33,570 nucleotides of DNA from Fidelibacterota bacterium (GCA_034723415.1 JAYEOX010000082.1:9553-43122), one strand, 5' to 3'; counted from the first letter of the stretch, positions 18,865 to 28,520 are shown. Notes: generated from the sequence alone by a model not told the origin. Numbers and translations: made by a program.

Positions 18865-20337
18865 ATGAAGAAAAAATTAAATATTTTATTCATTGCATCG
18901 GAATGCGCTCCGTATGCAAAAACAGGTGGTTTATCGGATGTAGTTTCATCTTTGCCGATTGCATTAACGAATCTTGGTCATAATGTAAAAATCGTTATTC
19001 CAAAATATTCTTCGATTGATACGAAAAAATTTAAAATGAAAAAAATACTTTCACCAATGGGCGTTCACATGGGAAATTGTGAAGAATGGTGTTCGGTATA
19101 TTCTACAAAGCATAATAAAAATGTAACAATTTATTTTATTGAATTTGAAAAATATTATAATCGTGACGGATTATATCATGATTCGGAAATGAATGATTAT
19201 TCTGACAATCCGAAACGATTTGCACTTTTGTCAAATGCAGCTTTTCAGCTGTGTCGAGATATTAATTTTAAACCCGATGTTATTCATTCACACGATTGGC
19301 AATCGGCATTATCTATGATCTATCTGAAAGAATGGTACGGAAATGATCCGTTTTTTAAAAATACTATTGGTATGTTAACTATTCACAATATTGGTTATCA
19401 GGGGAAATATCCGCATGAAAATTTTGAATATCTTGGATTTTCAGATCATCTTTTTAATCCAGACATTTTAGAAGATTTCGGAGACATTAATTTTCTAAAA
19501 GGTGGAATACAATATGCCGATATTGTAAATGCAGTCAGTCCAAAATATGCAGAAGAGACAAAGACGGAAGAATATTCACATGGTATGCATACTTTTTTGA
19601 TTGATAAAAAAGATAAATATTTTGGTATTTTAAATGGTGTCGATTATAAACAGTGGAATCCAAATATTGATAAGTTAATTCCATATAATTATAATAAAGA
19701 TAATTTTAGTGGAAAATCCAAATGTAAACTGTTTTTACAAGAAAAATTAAATCTTAAAAAAGAGAAAAATATCCCGATAATTGGAATTGTCAGCAGATTT
19801 GCTTCTCAAAAAGGACTTAATATTTTAGCGTCAGTAATTGAACAGGTAGTATCAGATATAAAAGTTCAGTTTGCAATTTTAGGATCCGGTGATAAAAATT
19901 TGGAAAATTATTTTCGGTCGTTACCTTCAAAATATGTTGGTAAAATTGGCGTATTTATTGGTTATGATAATCAACTTGCACATCAAATTGAAGCCGGTTC
20001 AGATTTTTTTATTATGCCATCACTTTATGAACCATGCGGATTGAACCAAATATATTCTTTGAGATATGGAACTTTACCAATCGTGAGAGCTACTGGTGGA
20101 TTAGATGATACTATTGAACAATATAATGAGAAGACAGGAGATGGCACAGGTTTTAAATTTAATGATTTAACGCCTCAAGCAATTTATGATACTATTGGTT
20201 GGGCAGTAAGTACATTTTATAACAGAAAAAAACATTTTCAAAAAATGAGAATAAGGGCAATGAAGAAAATTTTTTCTTGGGAGAAAAGTGCAGAAAAATA
20301 TGTTGATGCTTATAGAAAAGCGATGAATAAAAATTAA
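18865..20337 (+). CDS. glgA: Glycogen synthase
   Basis: KTGGL, HSHDWQ, TIHNIGYQG, ILNGVD, PSLYEPCGLNQ and RATGGL motifs. Confidence 0.95.
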   Translation: MKKKLNILFIASECAPYAKTGGLSDVVSSLPIALTNLGHNVKIVIPKYSSIDTKKFKMKKILSPMGVHMGNCEEWCSVYSTKHNKNVTIYFIEFEKYYNRDGLYHDSEMNDYSDNPKRFALLSNAAFQLCRDINFKPDVIHSHDWQSALSMIYLKEWYGNDPFFKNTIGMLTIHNIGYQGKYPHENFEYLGFSDHLFNPDILEDFGDINFLKGGIQYADIVNAVSPKYAEETKTEEYSHGMHTFLIDKKDKYFGILNGVDYKQWNPNIDKLIPYNYNKDNFSGKSKCKLFLQEKLNLKKEKNIPIIGIVSRFASQKGLNILASVIEQVVSDIKVQFAILGSGDKNLENYFRSLPSKYVGKIGVFIGYDNQLAHQIEAGSDFFIMPSLYEPCGLNQIYSLRYGTLPIVRATGGLDDTIEQYNEKTGDGTGFKFNDLTPQAIYDTIGWAVSTFYNRKKHFQKMRIRAMKKIFSWEKSAEKYVDAYRKAMNKN

Positions 20338-20371
20338 AAATCATTTCAAAATAAATAAAATTTTTGTAAAT

Positions 20372-20986
20372 TTGAGTATGAAGAATTTAGAAGCAATATT
20401 TTTGGATAGAGACGGAGTTTTAAATAAGGATAGTGATGATTATGTTCGCTCAGTTGAGGATGTAAATGTTTATCCATTTGTTAGTAAAGTATTAAAAAAA
20501 TTAACGGATTCCGGGTTGAAAGTTTTTATTACGAGCAATCAATCTGCAATTTCAAGAGGATATTTTACGGAAGAGACAAATTCTAAAATATTCAAAAAAG
20601 TAATAAGCGATAGTGAAAAAGCCGGTGGTAAAATAACTGATTATTATTACTGCCCGCATTTGCCAACTGATAATTGTAATTGCCGAAAGCCAAGACCCGG
20701 TATGTTTTTACAAGCGGCAAAAGAGTATAAATTTAATATAAAAAATAGTGTTTATGTCGGTGATTCTGTTTGTGACTATGAAGCAGCGAAAAATTTGGGA
20801 ATACCATTTTTTCTTGTTGAAACCGGTTACGGAATTGAGACAGCAGAAACGATTAAAAGAGAAAAGAACATTGAGGTTAAGACATGGAAGAATCTGAAAG
20901 TTGTGGCTGAGGATATACTTCACCGCAGAGGCACAAAGACGCAGAGTTTGAATAATGGCAAAACCGTGGATGAAAAAAAAATATAG
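20372..20986 (+). CDS. gmhB: D-glycero-D-manno-heptose 1,7-bisphosphate phosphatase (HAD IIIA); start may be ATG 20378
   Basis: FLDRDGVLN, SNQS, Zn motif CPH...CNCRKP, VGD; the last ~22 aa run through the repeat arm of the neighbouring cassette. Confidence 0.85.
   Translation: MSMKNLEAIFLDRDGVLNKDSDDYVRSVEDVNVYPFVSKVLKKLTDSGLKVFITSNQSAISRGYFTEETNSKIFKKVISDSEKAGGKITDYYYCPHLPTDNCNCRKPRPGMFLQAAKEYKFNIKNSVYVGDSVCDYEAAKNLGIPFFLVETGYGIETAETIKREKNIEVKTWKNLKVVAEDILHRRGTKTQSLNNGKTVDEKKI
20922..20949 (+). repeat. Left inverted arm of the GxxExxY cassette (3 x 8-nt CRCARAGN)
   Basis: ACCGCAGAGGCACAAAGACGCAGAGTTT; 22 of 28 positions Watson-Crick complementary to 21387-21414. Confidence 0.85.
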
Positions 20987-20996
20987 GCAAATTATT

Positions 20997-21383
20997 ATGA
21001 ATAGAGAAGAATATAATAGAATTTCTAAACAATTATTAGATTCAGCAATTACTGTTCATAAAGAAATGGGGCCTGGTTTAGTTGAATCAGTTTATGAGTA
21101 TTGTTTAATTAAAGAATTAAGATTAAGAAATTTTAATGTGCAAAATCAAGTGATCATTCCACTTTATTATAAAAAATATAAATTGAAAAAAAATTATATT
21201 ATTGATGTCTTGTTAGAGAAAGAAATTATAATTGAAATAAAAGCTGTTGAAATTATTTTACCAGTTCATGAAGCACAAATTATTTCATATTTGAAATTAA
21301 CTAATAAAAAATTGGGATTTTTAATAAATTTTAATGTCCCATTATTAAAAGATGGATTCAAAAGATTCGTAAATAATTTCTAA
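20997..21383 (+). CDS. GxxExxY protein (PD-(D/E)XK nuclease-like fold); ORF track opens at 20955 but ATG 20997 gives the typical ~128 aa
   Basis: VHKEMGPGLVESVYE, ID.L....IIIEIKAV, HEAQIISYLK and GFLINFN motifs. Confidence 0.93.
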   Translation: MNREEYNRISKQLLDSAITVHKEMGPGLVESVYEYCLIKELRLRNFNVQNQVIIPLYYKKYKLKKNYIIDVLLEKEIIIEIKAVEIILPVHEAQIISYLKLTNKKLGFLINFNVPLLKDGFKRFVNNF

Positions 21384-21386
21384 AAA

Positions 21387-21414
21387 AAACTTTGCGACTC
21401 TGCGACTTTGCGGT
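21387..21414 (-). repeat. Right inverted arm of the GxxExxY cassette
   Basis: AA-ACTTTGCG-ACTCTGCG-ACTTTGCG-GT immediately after the stop and abutting the ddl RBS AAGGAG. Confidence 0.85.
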
Positions 21415-21433
21415 AAGGAGAAAAAGGTAAAAC

Positions 21434-22465
21434 ATGAAAGTATGTATATTATTAGGTGGAGCTTCAACTGAAAGGAATGTATCTATTCACAGTGGATTAA
21501 CTATCGCAGAAGCGTTGCGGAAAAAGAATCATAAATTTAAATTTTTAGATCCGGCTACACCATTAAAAAAGATGGATAATTTTATTAAATCATTAGATAC
21601 AATTTCTGTTGAGACACAGAATTTTGATAAGTTGAAAAAAATGCACGACCAGTATTTTATAAAACAAATTGAATGGATAAAGGAAGAAAATTTTGATATT
21701 GTATTCAATGCTTTACACGGTGGAAATGGTGAAAATGGAGTAATTTCTGCAGTATTACAAATTGCCGGGATTCCATTTACTGGTTCCGAATATATGGCAT
21801 CAGCAATCGCGATGGATAAATATAGAACGAAAAAATTGTTAAATTCTATTGGAGTTTTGACTTCTCCATTTGAATTACATACTTCTCCTACAAAATTTCC
21901 TCGTTCTTTATCTTTTCCTTTAGTTATAAAACCAAATGATGCCGGATCTTCAGTTGGATTATCAATTGTGAAAAAAAAGAAAAATATTTTAAATGAAACA
22001 AAAAAAGCACTGAAATATTCTCGTGAGTATATCATTGAAAAATATATTAACGGAAGAGAACTTACTGCACCAATTATTTGTGACGAAACATATCCATTAG
22101 TTGAAATCGTGCCAAAAAGCGGAGTTTACGATTATAGAAGTAAATATGGACAGGGAATGAATGAATATATAGTTCCACCTTTAATTGATAATTCTGTTAT
22201 GGAAAGAATAAAAATATCGGCAAAAAAAGTATGGAATATTCTCGGAATGAAAAATTATGGAAGAATTGATTTCAGATTAAATGAAAATAATGAAGCATTC
22301 TGTTTGGAAGCAAATACATTGCCCGGAATGACCAATGCGAGTTTACTACCAAAATCAGCAAAATATTCTGGTTTGGAATTTCATGATTTGATTGAAAAAA
22401 TAATAACTGATGTATTGATAGGAAAGGTCTCACACAAAGTCGCAAAAACGCAAAGAGGAAAATAA
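21434..22465 (+). CDS. ddl: D-alanine--D-alanine ligase
   Basis: GGASTERNVS, ALHGGNGENG, MDK, KPNDAGSSVG, YDYRSKY, GRIDF and EANTLPGMT motifs. Confidence 0.95.
   Translation: MKVCILLGGASTERNVSIHSGLTIAEALRKKNHKFKFLDPATPLKKMDNFIKSLDTISVETQNFDKLKKMHDQYFIKQIEWIKEENFDIVFNALHGGNGENGVISAVLQIAGIPFTGSEYMASAIAMDKYRTKKLLNSIGVLTSPFELHTSPTKFPRSLSFPLVIKPNDAGSSVGLSIVKKKKNILNETKKALKYSREYIIEKYINGRELTAPIICDETYPLVEIVPKSGVYDYRSKYGQGMNEYIVPPLIDNSVMERIKISAKKVWNILGMKNYGRIDFRLNENNEAFCLEANTLPGMTNASLLPKSAKYSGLEFHDLIEKIITDVLIGKVSHKVAKTQRGK
22429..22457 (+). repeat. Orphan CRCAAAG arm inside the 3' end of ddl
   Basis: CA-CACAAAGT-CGCAAAAA-CGCAAAGA, the same 8-nt unit as the GxxExxY arms. Confidence 0.75.
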
Positions 22466-22633
22466 ATATGGTAGTGGGAAAAGTTCAAAAAGATGTATTT
22501 CGACATTTGGAAAAACTCAATGTAAAGAAAAACACAAAATATTTTATAGTCACTAATTAATAGAAAACATTCATGATCAATTGTAATTAATAAATTTAAT
22601 AAATAAATAATGTAAAAATATTCAAAAGGAATT

Positions 22634-24079
22634 ATGAAATTTTATAACACATTGACAAGGAGAAAAGAGGAATTCAAGCCGATTCACAAAAATGAAGTTA
22701 GGTTGTATTCTTGTGGTCCAACAGTTTATAATTTTGCTCATATAGGAAATTTTCGGTCTTTTATTTTTGTAGATATTTTAAAACGCTATTTAAAGTTCAA
22801 AAAATATAAAGTTAAACATGTAATGAACATTACCGATGTTGACGATAAGATAATTAAGAAATGTTCTGAAAATAATTTTTCATTAGAGGAATATACAGAT
22901 AAATATAGAGAGGCATTTTTTGATGATCTGGAAACTTTAAATATTCAGAAAGCAGATATATTTCCAAAGGCAACTGATCATATTTCTGATATGGTAAAAA
23001 TGATAGAGAAACTTTTGGATAATGGAATTGCCTACCGAACAGATGATGGAAGCATATTTTTTAATATTAACAAATTCCCGGATTATGGAAAATTGCAGAA
23101 ATTAAATTCGGATCAGATGAAAAAAGGTGAAAGAGTTGAGACAGATGAATATAATAAAGATTCTGCCTATGATTTTGCTCTTTGGAAAGGATATAAACCC
23201 GAAGATGGCGATATTTTTTGGGATACAGAAATTGGTAAGGGGCGACCAGGTTGGCACATTGAATGCTCAGCGATGTCCGGAAAATATCTGGGTGAGACAT
23301 TTGATATTCATACCGGAGGAGTAGATTTGATCTTTCCTCATCACGAAAATGAAATTGCTCAAAGCGAAGCGGCAAACGGCAAAAAATTTGTAAACTATTG
23401 GATGCATTGTGAATATCTTGGGTTGAAAGATTCCAAAATGAGTAAATCATTAGGCAATACAGTTTATATTAAAGATCTTATTAAGAAGAATTATTCTGCA
23501 AGAGCAATTCGATATGTTTTACTTTCTGCTCATTATAGACAAAAATTAAACTTCAGTGTTGAACAATTGGATTCTACTGAGAAAACTCTGAAAAAATTTG
23601 ATGATTTTCTTTATGAATTGAATAATGTAGAAAATAACAATGTAGAAAATGAAAAAATAATTGATCTGTCAAACAAAATGTTGCAAAAATTTGAAAATGT
23701 GATGGATGATGATTTGAATATTTCAGCCGCACTTGGTGTTGTATTTAAATTTTTGAAACAAATAAATAAATTTAAAGTTGCAAATAAATTATCAAATCTC
23801 GATAAAGAAAAAATTATTAATTCTTTGAAAAAAATAGATAGTGTGCTTGGAGTAATATTTGCTAAAGAAACTTTAAAAATAAATGAAACAATTAATTTGG
23901 AAGAAAAATTAAAAACATTAAAAATAAATGAAGAAGAAATTCTAAAAAAAATTGAAGAGAGAAACGAAGCAAGAAAAAATAAAGAATGGGATAAGGCGGA
24001 TAAAATTCGTGATGAATTACTAAAATCCGGTATTGAACTTGTCGATAGAAAAGAAGAAACTACATATAAAATAAAATAG
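22634..24079 (+). CDS. cysS: Cysteine--tRNA ligase
   Basis: CGPTVY, HIGN, GRPGWHIECS, FPHHENE, KMSKS and AD.IRDEL motifs. Confidence 0.97.
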   Translation: MKFYNTLTRRKEEFKPIHKNEVRLYSCGPTVYNFAHIGNFRSFIFVDILKRYLKFKKYKVKHVMNITDVDDKIIKKCSENNFSLEEYTDKYREAFFDDLETLNIQKADIFPKATDHISDMVKMIEKLLDNGIAYRTDDGSIFFNINKFPDYGKLQKLNSDQMKKGERVETDEYNKDSAYDFALWKGYKPEDGDIFWDTEIGKGRPGWHIECSAMSGKYLGETFDIHTGGVDLIFPHHENEIAQSEAANGKKFVNYWMHCEYLGLKDSKMSKSLGNTVYIKDLIKKNYSARAIRYVLLSAHYRQKLNFSVEQLDSTEKTLKKFDDFLYELNNVENNNVENEKIIDLSNKMLQKFENVMDDDLNISAALGVVFKFLKQINKFKVANKLSNLDKEKIINSLKKIDSVLGVIFAKETLKINETINLEEKLKTLKINEEEILKKIEERNEARKNKEWDKADKIRDELLKSGIELVDRKEETTYKIK

Positions 24080-24172
24080 AACAAATATTTGGAACTTAAA
24101 TTTAAAATTGCTGTAAAAAATATATGATTTGCTTGATTAATTTAATAATTATGACTATTCTATGAGCTATAT

Positions 24173-27100
24173 ATGAAAAAAATAAAAATACAAAAAATAA
24201 TAATTCTAATACTGATTTTTACACTAAATGTGTTTGGACAGTTTGGGAAAAATAAAGTTCAGTATAAGCAATTTGAGTGGCAATATATTCAAAGTAATCA
24301 TTTTGATATCTATTATAGTGGTGATAATAAAAAAATAGCGAAATATACGGCTACAAATGTAGAAAAAGCATATCTCTCAATTAAAGATCTGTTTAATTGG
24401 CCTCTGCAAAAGAGATATTCGATCATTATTTACAATAGTCATAATGATTTTCAACAGACAAATACTACTCAAGGTAGTTTGCCTGAGGGAGTTGGTGGGT
24501 TTACAGAGATGTTTAAAAATCGTGTAATTGTACCGTTCACCGGCTCGTATGAAGATTTTAGACATACTTTACATCATGAGCTGGTTCATGCTGTAATGAA
24601 TGATATGTATTATGGTGGCTCAATTCAATCATTGGTCTCAGGACATGTAAAATTGCAAATTCCTTTATGGATTGCTGAAGGTTCTGCAGAATTTGAATCG
24701 GTTCGATGGGATACTCAAAGTGATATGTTTATGAGGGATTTAGCATTGAATAATACTATTCCACCCATTGAATATATTTCAGGATATTATGTATATAAAG
24801 CAGGTCAATCTGTTTTGAAATTTGTTAATGATATTTATGGAAAAAAGAAACTGACAGAATTCTATTATTCTATGAAAAGAACAAGTAGTGTAAAAAAGGC
24901 AATTAAAAAGACATTTAAAATAAAACAAGAAGAATTTAATAAAAAATGGAAAAAATATTTAAAAAAAGAGTATTGGACTGATATCACTTCAACTGATGAT
25001 ATTGGAAAAATAGCTGTGCAATTGACAGATCATGTTAAATTAAAAACTGCTCAGAATGTTGCACCTGCAATTTCTCCATCCGGTACCAAAATTGCCTTTA
25101 TGAGTGATCGAAAAGGATATGCAGATATTTTTGTCATGAATGCTCAAGACGGTTCGGATGTTAGAAAAATAGTATCAGGTCAAAGAAAAGCAAGTTTAGA
25201 GGAATTGAAATGGGTTACTCCAGGGATATCATGGTCACCGAATTCTAAAAAAATAGTATTTGCGACTAAGAGTGGAAAATTTGATGCCTTAGTAATTGTT
25301 GATGTAGAATCAGAAAAACAAGAAGTAATTAAAATTAAAAAGTTAAAAGGAATTTATTCTGTTGCTTGGAATCCGAAATATGAAAATATTGTTGCTTTTA
25401 GTGGACATGATGGATTGCAGAGTGATATTTATTATTACAATTTCAAAAAGAAAAAACTGGTAAATCTCACTAAAGATAAATATAGTGACAGTAATCCTCA
25501 ATGGAACGAAAAAGGTGATAAGATAATTTATGTATCAGAGCATGACAGAGCAAAAGAGAAAATTGAATTAAGACATCCTTATCAAAGTGATTTATTTGAA
25601 TATAATTTACGAAAAAATAAAAAGCATCAGTTAACAAACACTGATTATGATGAAAATTATCCATATTATGATCCAAAGGGAAGAGGAATAATTTATACTT
25701 CTGATAAAAATGGTGTTTGTAACATTTATGTGAATAAAAATGATTCTGTAAGTTATCCGATAACTAATGTTACCGGTGGGATTTTTCATTTGAATATTGA
25801 TAAAAATGGTAATTCCTTGGTAATGTCAGCATTTAAAAATGGCGGTTGGGATATTTACAAAATGAGTTCTTATTTTAACTTACCAAAGAAAACATTACAA
25901 TTGACAAAATTTCGTAAGAATCAATTTAAAAAAGAAAATTTTGATTCCGATACGATTGTAAAGATAGATACAACATCAAAAAATTCATTTACTGTTAGTG
26001 AATTTAAAAAGCCGGAATCTAATCAAGAATATAAAGATTTTATATTTGTACCAAGTATGTTAAAACGAAATTCTGCATATTCACAATCTGATTCATCAAT
26101 TAATTTAGATTCATCAAAAATTATGACCAAAACCGGAGAATATAAATCGAACGATTATAAAACAAAATTTTCTGTGGATTTAGTCAATAATCAATTTGCA
26201 TATTCTACATTTTATGGGTTTCAAGGGCAGGCAATGTTTATGTTTAGCGATGTGCTTGGTGATCATCATATTATTATAGGAACCGATTTATATATCGATT
26301 TGAAAAACAGCGATTATTCTTTATCGTATTTTTATTTAAAAAAGAGAATGAATTTCGGCATATCATATTTTAATCAATCAGATCAATATTATACTTATCA
26401 TTATTTTCCTGAAGAAGGATATTATGATGGTGTCATTGTTCGGTATGTAAGTAATGGAGGATCATTTTATACCGATTATCCTATAAATAAATTTTATCGA
26501 ATTGAGACAAATGCAACATATTTAAATATTTCAAGGGAAATATTAGATCAGCGAATAAATTATAAAGAATCAGTTCAGACAGCAATAACTTCACTTGCTT
26601 TTGTAAAAGATAATACGCTATTCAGTTATACTGCACCGATGGATGGAATGCGATATCGTGTTCAGTTTGAATATATGCCAAAATTGACATCTGATTCGCC
26701 AACATATCAATCGGTAACAGTTGATTTTAGAAAGTATTTAAAAATTAATTTTAATTATCATTTTGGTTTGAGATTTACTGCCGGTGAATCTTGGGGTGCA
26801 ACACCGCAAATATTTATGTTAGGTGGTGTCAGTAATTGGTTGAATTATCGTTATAATCCTGAAGCACCAATATTTGGTAATAATACTTCGAATTTCTCTG
26901 ATAATTTTGAAATGTATTATTTAACAAAATATATAACACCTGTAAGAGGAGTAAGATTTTTTGAAAAATATGGATCTAAATATTTTTTAATGAATTTTGA
27001 ATTTCGTTTCCCTTTTATTGAATATGCAAAATTAAAATTTCCCTTACCTGTAAATTTGTGGCAGGTTAGAGGAGCAATATTTTGTGATGTCGGTTCAGCT

Positions 27101-27301
27101 TGGGATGGAAAATTTGATCCTTTGGTGAATGATAAGTTTTCACCATTTGGGAATGAACATAAAGATCTAATAACTTCAACCGGTTTTGGTGTTAGAATAT
27201 TCTTGGGTTATTTTTTATTACGAATTGATACCGCTTGGGAATATGATGGGCTTGGCTTTTCTAAACCAAGATATTTGCTTTCACTTGGCGGAGATTTTTA
27301 A
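24173..27301 (+). CDS. Omp85/BamA-family barrel fused to an N-terminal HExxH (peptidase MA-like) domain and TolB-like PD40 repeats
   Basis: QFGKNKVQY, HHELVH, WIAEG.AE; repeats PAISPSGTKIAF, WSPNSKKIVF and PQWNEKG; C-terminal EFRFP, F.DVGSAW, GFGVR, LRID.AW and terminal F. Confidence 0.85.
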   Translation: MKKIKIQKIIILILIFTLNVFGQFGKNKVQYKQFEWQYIQSNHFDIYYSGDNKKIAKYTATNVEKAYLSIKDLFNWPLQKRYSIIIYNSHNDFQQTNTTQGSLPEGVGGFTEMFKNRVIVPFTGSYEDFRHTLHHELVHAVMNDMYYGGSIQSLVSGHVKLQIPLWIAEGSAEFESVRWDTQSDMFMRDLALNNTIPPIEYISGYYVYKAGQSVLKFVNDIYGKKKLTEFYYSMKRTSSVKKAIKKTFKIKQEEFNKKWKKYLKKEYWTDITSTDDIGKIAVQLTDHVKLKTAQNVAPAISPSGTKIAFMSDRKGYADIFVMNAQDGSDVRKIVSGQRKASLEELKWVTPGISWSPNSKKIVFATKSGKFDALVIVDVESEKQEVIKIKKLKGIYSVAWNPKYENIVAFSGHDGLQSDIYYYNFKKKKLVNLTKDKYSDSNPQWNEKGDKIIYVSEHDRAKEKIELRHPYQSDLFEYNLRKNKKHQLTNTDYDENYPYYDPKGRGIIYTSDKNGVCNIYVNKNDSVSYPITNVTGGIFHLNIDKNGNSLVMSAFKNGGWDIYKMSSYFNLPKKTLQLTKFRKNQFKKENFDSDTIVKIDTTSKNSFTVSEFKKPESNQEYKDFIFVPSMLKRNSAYSQSDSSINLDSSKIMTKTGEYKSNDYKTKFSVDLVNNQFAYSTFYGFQGQAMFMFSDVLGDHHIIIGTDLYIDLKNSDYSLSYFYLKKRMNFGISYFNQSDQYYTYHYFPEEGYYDGVIVRYVSNGGSFYTDYPINKFYRIETNATYLNISREILDQRINYKESVQTAITSLAFVKDNTLFSYTAPMDGMRYRVQFEYMPKLTSDSPTYQSVTVDFRKYLKINFNYHFGLRFTAGESWGATPQIFMLGGVSNWLNYRYNPEAPIFGNNTSNFSDNFEMYYLTKYITPVRGVRFFEKYGSKYFLMNFEFRFPFIEYAKLKFPLPVNLWQVRGAIFCDVGSAWDGKFDPLVNDKFSPFGNEHKDLITSTGFGVRIFLGYFLLRIDTAWEYDGLGFSKPRYLLSLGGDF

Positions 27302-27365
27302 ATTATTTTTATTGCAACAAATAGTCAAAATTAATGTAGTATAAACTAAAATTGAAAGGAAAAAT

Positions 27366-28286
27366 ATGACCAAAAATGAAAAAATATTTATAAAATTAAA
27401 AAATATTATAAAAAACATCTTCAAAAAGAAAAAAAAACCGAAATTTAGAACAAAAAAAGAAAAGATTATTTATGAAATTAAGTCATGGATCTATGTTTTA
27501 ATTGCTGTTTATTTTATTCGTTCAGGTATAGTTTGTGCATATCAAATTCCAACCGGTTCAATGAAAAATACGATAAAAATTGGTGATTTTATTCTTGGGA
27601 ATCAATTTGCTTATGGAGTAAGAACTCCTGATTGGTTCGGTATTCCTTTTACAAGACACGGTTTTTTTATTCCTCATCTTACAATACCTACATTTAATAA
27701 ACCTAATACCGGTGATATTGTAATTTTTGAATATCCACTTGATCCTTGGACAAATTATGTTAAAAGATGTGTGGGCGAGCCCGGAGATTCATTAGAAATA
27801 ATTGATAAGAAAGTTTATTTAAATGGTAAGAGATTTGAAGATCCCCAAAAATCAATTATAAATTATGAGAATATTTTATCAAGAGATTATGTAGAACCGA
27901 ATATTTTTCCGCATGGAAATGGAAATAGAGATCAATATCACAAAATTTATATTCCTAAAGAGGGAGATACTTTAGATGTGAATAAAACAAATATGCAAAT
28001 TATTGCATATGTTGCTTATATGGACGGTAATAAGATAGAATATGGAATGGGCGTATTTTATTTAGATGGTGAACCAATAGAAAAGTATATTGTGAAGCAG
28101 GATTATTATTTTATGATGGGAGATAATCGTGATAATAGTGCAGATGGTCGCTATTGGGGATTTGTTCCACAGAAATATATATTAGGAACGCCGTTAGTTC
28201 GTTATTTATCTTGGAATAAGACAGCTTCTTGGAGTAAATTTTATAAAAAAATTCGTTGGGGTCAAATTTTTAGACCGATGCGGTAA
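27366..28286 (+). CDS. lepB: Signal peptidase I
   Basis: IPTGSM, GDIVIF, YVKRCVG.PGD and MMGDNRDNSADGRYWGFVP motifs. Confidence 0.95.
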   Translation: MTKNEKIFIKLKNIIKNIFKKKKKPKFRTKKEKIIYEIKSWIYVLIAVYFIRSGIVCAYQIPTGSMKNTIKIGDFILGNQFAYGVRTPDWFGIPFTRHGFFIPHLTIPTFNKPNTGDIVIFEYPLDPWTNYVKRCVGEPGDSLEIIDKKVYLNGKRFEDPQKSIINYENILSRDYVEPNIFPHGNGNRDQYHKIYIPKEGDTLDVNKTNMQIIAYVAYMDGNKIEYGMGVFYLDGEPIEKYIVKQDYYFMMGDNRDNSADGRYWGFVPQKYILGTPLVRYLSWNKTASWSKFYKKIRWGQIFRPMR

Positions 28287-28520
28287 GAAAAATTTCACGC
28301 AGAAAATTAGCAACTAACTAAAACTAACAAAAACGAACAAGAAAAAATATATTTATTAGCAATGAACCCCAGTTAAATATGCTTCGCACTTAACAGGGTA
28401 AACTAAAACTAACTAAAGAAATCTTTATGGTAAGAATATTTTACGCAAAGGATTAATAATAAATTAGCGAATAAAAATAGGATATCGAACAAGGATTAAC
28501 GATTTTTGATTTAGGAAGTA
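28282..28520 (+). repeat. Stack of short-period repeats with a nested hairpin between lepB and tRNA-Ser
   Basis: 10-nt-period AAC(T/G)AAC units 28306-28340; second copy interrupted by a hairpin at 28368-28398; 7-nt-period units 28484-28518. Confidence 0.7.

Noticed and set aside
21434..22465. Van-type D-Ala-D-Lac ligase
   Set aside because: The omega loop YDYRSKY keeps the Tyr typical of D-Ala-D-Ala ligases, and no van genes are nearby
22468..22560. 30-codon ORF after the ddl arm as a passenger-gene remnant
   Set aside because: No recognisable similarity to GxxExxY or any family I can identify
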